A stretch of 64,000 nt of DNA. Origin: Lama glama. Taxonomy: Eukaryota. The notes under the pieces are model-generated. The model made no database searches. It was not told the DNA's origin and saw only the letters and a program-made list of their open reading frames with translations. How positions within the stretch are numbered: position 1 is the stretch's first letter; each line of letters starts with the position of its first letter. Where the stretch lies: NCBI GenBank assembly GCA_028534125.1, contig CM052816.1:4900001-4964000 (forward strand). Direction: 5' to 3'. Shown piece by piece: positions 61,284-64,000 of this stretch. Made by a program: the position numbers and the translations under genes.

Positions 61284-64000
61284 TAAGTCCTGTGTCATCT
61301 GTATGATTTATTCTTGTTTATGACCTTATTTTGCATTTGCTTTACCTTCTATCCCTTTATTCTTTAGAGGAAACCGTTTATAGGTATTAACCACTCTCCC
61401 TGCATTATTTGTTCCTGTAACCTCCAGGTCCTCACTATCTCTCCCACTCTCTCTAGTTTCCATGATACTGCACTTTCCATGATACTGCACTTCATATCTG
61501 GTTTCTTCAGTTAACCTCCAAATGTCAGAAATGCCCTCTCACCTTTTTTTCCCCTCCATACTTAACCTTAGTATAACATTTACTTCCAGGGTGTCACATG
61601 ACTCAGCTCTGTCTCTGGTTCTCAGCTCTCCCACTAGATTGGGAAAGTGATCTGGTATTGGGATCTACCTCCCCAGTGATCACCAAGGTTGTATCACGTA
61701 AACTGGCTGGGTGGGCATACCCCTCTCCTTTACCACTCCATTTACTTTTCTCCCAAAGATGTCCATTCACTCTAGTTAGAAGACTAGACACAAACACAGA
61801 ATGCTGGAGGAGAAAGTCCAACCAGAGTTGATTCAAAAGACCAAGGGGTGAGGTAGCTAAACATGGAGACAACTTTTCCACGAAGTTCATTGTGAAAATG
61901 TGCATAGACATGAAGCCAGAGGAGGTATCTGGGGGTCAAGGGAGTATTAAATGGAAGATAACAAAGGCATGTTTTTATGCTGATGGAAATGAGACAGAAG
62001 AGGGAGAGCTTGTTGCAGGCGTAAACAGTGATAAATACAGGAGTGATACTGAGAAGCCAAGAGGGAACTGGATCCAGATTACAAGTAGAAAGAACAGTTG
62101 AGAATATGGAAATAGGTGCAAGTAGGTTGGTCGATCTGTTTGATTCTGATGGCTTCTGATTTTCTTAGTGAGACACAAGTCAGAGAGATGGAGTCAAGTT
62201 CAGGGTAGGGAAGGAGCTGGATGCAGCATGAACACTCATCTTGGAGAATAGGAAAATGAACTTACTGAGGGAGATTGCAGGTCCAGTGGTCCCTGTTGAG
62301 TGCCAAGCGAGGGATCATGGTTATGAATTCTAAGTAAACTACTCAAAGTGATTGAGAAAGAAGATGGTTGGATTCAACCAGGTTTGGGGTTTTGTAGCAT
62401 AAATATCCCTGGGGGGTGGGGCAAAGGAGATAAGGGTGTTTTTTAAGGACTAATTATAATGATGGATCATGAAATCCTTGCTGCATGGATATAAGGACAG
62501 GAAGACAGATGTGGGTGAGTAACAGTGCAAATGGAAGGGGTTCTGTGGATCGGTGGTCTCTTTGAAGTGGGAGCCTTGTTGCCATGGGATACAAGAGAGG
62601 GGGAGCAGAAAGGGTGGTAGGCAGGGGCAGAAGAAGGTTGAATCAAACTGACCTTGAAAGATGAGCAGGAATTCACAAGAAGAGTTTTTCAGGTAGGAGA
62701 CAGACACAGGATTGGATTAGAACAATTTGTTTTCAGAGGTTCTTCAAAACAGTGATTATTCCATGAAGTCTTGACTGAAATTGCAAAACACCTTGATCAT
62801 ATGACTGATTAGGTTGTATCACTTGATGGTTTTCAAAGTCCATGTCTTCAAAGATTTGATATAGTCTATGATTTGATTTTTTTTAATAAAGCTATAATGG
62901 AAAAAGAAATGTTTTAATAAAAGGAGAAAGACAAAGAAAGCTATAGTGGTGTTTTTCCCAGTAGGATTGTCAAGTATGTAGGAAATATAAATAGGTACAC
63001 CTACTTTGGAGAGGAGTTTCACACTTTCTAGTAAAGCAAATATATATATATCAAAACATCCTGGCAGTTCTATTACTAGGCATAAAACCTGAAATTGTAT
63101 TGTGCATAGGATTATTAATAGCAGCATTTTTTGTTTGTAGTAGTAAAAAATGGAAGCCCTTCAAAAGGGAAATGAATAACTAAACATGTAGTGTATTGAT
63201 GCAATGGAGTATTATACCACAGTATAAATGATCAGGAGCTAAAGTTATATGTGTCAGGTTGGATGACTCTCAAACAGAATGAGTATAAAAAGCAAGCTAC
63301 AGAAAAGTAGACTGCATGATACCATTTAAATGAAGCTTTTAAATATACAAAGTAATTCTGGATCTTGTTTAGGAATATACATAAAGAAAGGCTAGGAATG
63401 ATAGAACACAAAATTCGTGAATACCAGTTTACCTCTGGGGAAGAAAGGGGGAGAGAAGTTTGATGGGAGTGGGATATACAGAGGACTTTAACTGTATTGG
63501 TAATTTTTCTTATGCTGGGTGGTGGATCCTTCTTTATGTATCTGAAATACATCATCATTTAAAAAAACAGAGAGAAGTATTAGAATTTCTCGGTTTCTTC
63601 TGAATTCAAAAAACAACAGCCTGGGAATATCCAGATGTAGATGCTAGAGTTCTGCAGCCTTTGTTAGAAAAGTAAGATCATTAGTAAAAATGAAGGGTTT
63701 TTATTTTTTTAGTGTATTAGGACAAATTCATCTCCAATTAGCGGAATTGCTGGGCCTCTGTAACAACTATTTTTTTGTAAGTTCCCCTTTGAGCACAAGC
63801 AAACTCCACTGTTTGACCTCGTGCCAGGCAATGTGTATAACTCAGTGCCAAGAGTTTGATCATGGGGGAGGGTTTAAAAGACAACAATATGAAATAAGCA
63901 CTTTGGTTTTAAAAGGACAAAAACAAAGACTGTTTCTTGCCCTCTCCTCCCCACCCCAAATGCACTTAACTTTTAGAAATGCACAGTAATTCCTACAGTG

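Overview
Mammalian genomic DNA, most likely a camelid (alpaca/camel), judged from six copies of a tRNA-derived SINE resembling the camelid vic-1 family plus artiodactyl-type L1 3' ends. The window holds the complete 7-exon MRPL22 gene on the minus strand (CDS 59622 to 29705, 633 nt, 210 aa, all GT-AG junctions in phase). MRPL22 is arranged head-to-head with GEMIN5 on the plus strand, of which only one WD40-region exon (61101-61282) is visible; the upstream exons probably lie in a 500-N gap. Positions 1-29 kb show no recognisable gene: old repeats (L1, L2, MIR, MaLR/ERV LTRs, hAT DNA transposons) with a few repeat-free, enhancer-like stretches. Most listed ORFs are spurious or decayed L1 ORF2. 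I found no convincing new multi-gene system. Best leads: (i) two separate L1 insertions share one recombinant 3' tail, implying a chimeric L1 lineage; (ii) the MRPL22 exon-3 acceptor appears shifted, adding six residues (FLSAHN) to the N-terminal targeting region; (iii) co-oriented CTCF-like motifs flank the gene's 3' end; (iv) candidate alternative and poison exons in MRPL22. Repeat family names and comparisons with human come from memory, repeat boundaries are approximate, and no searches were run.
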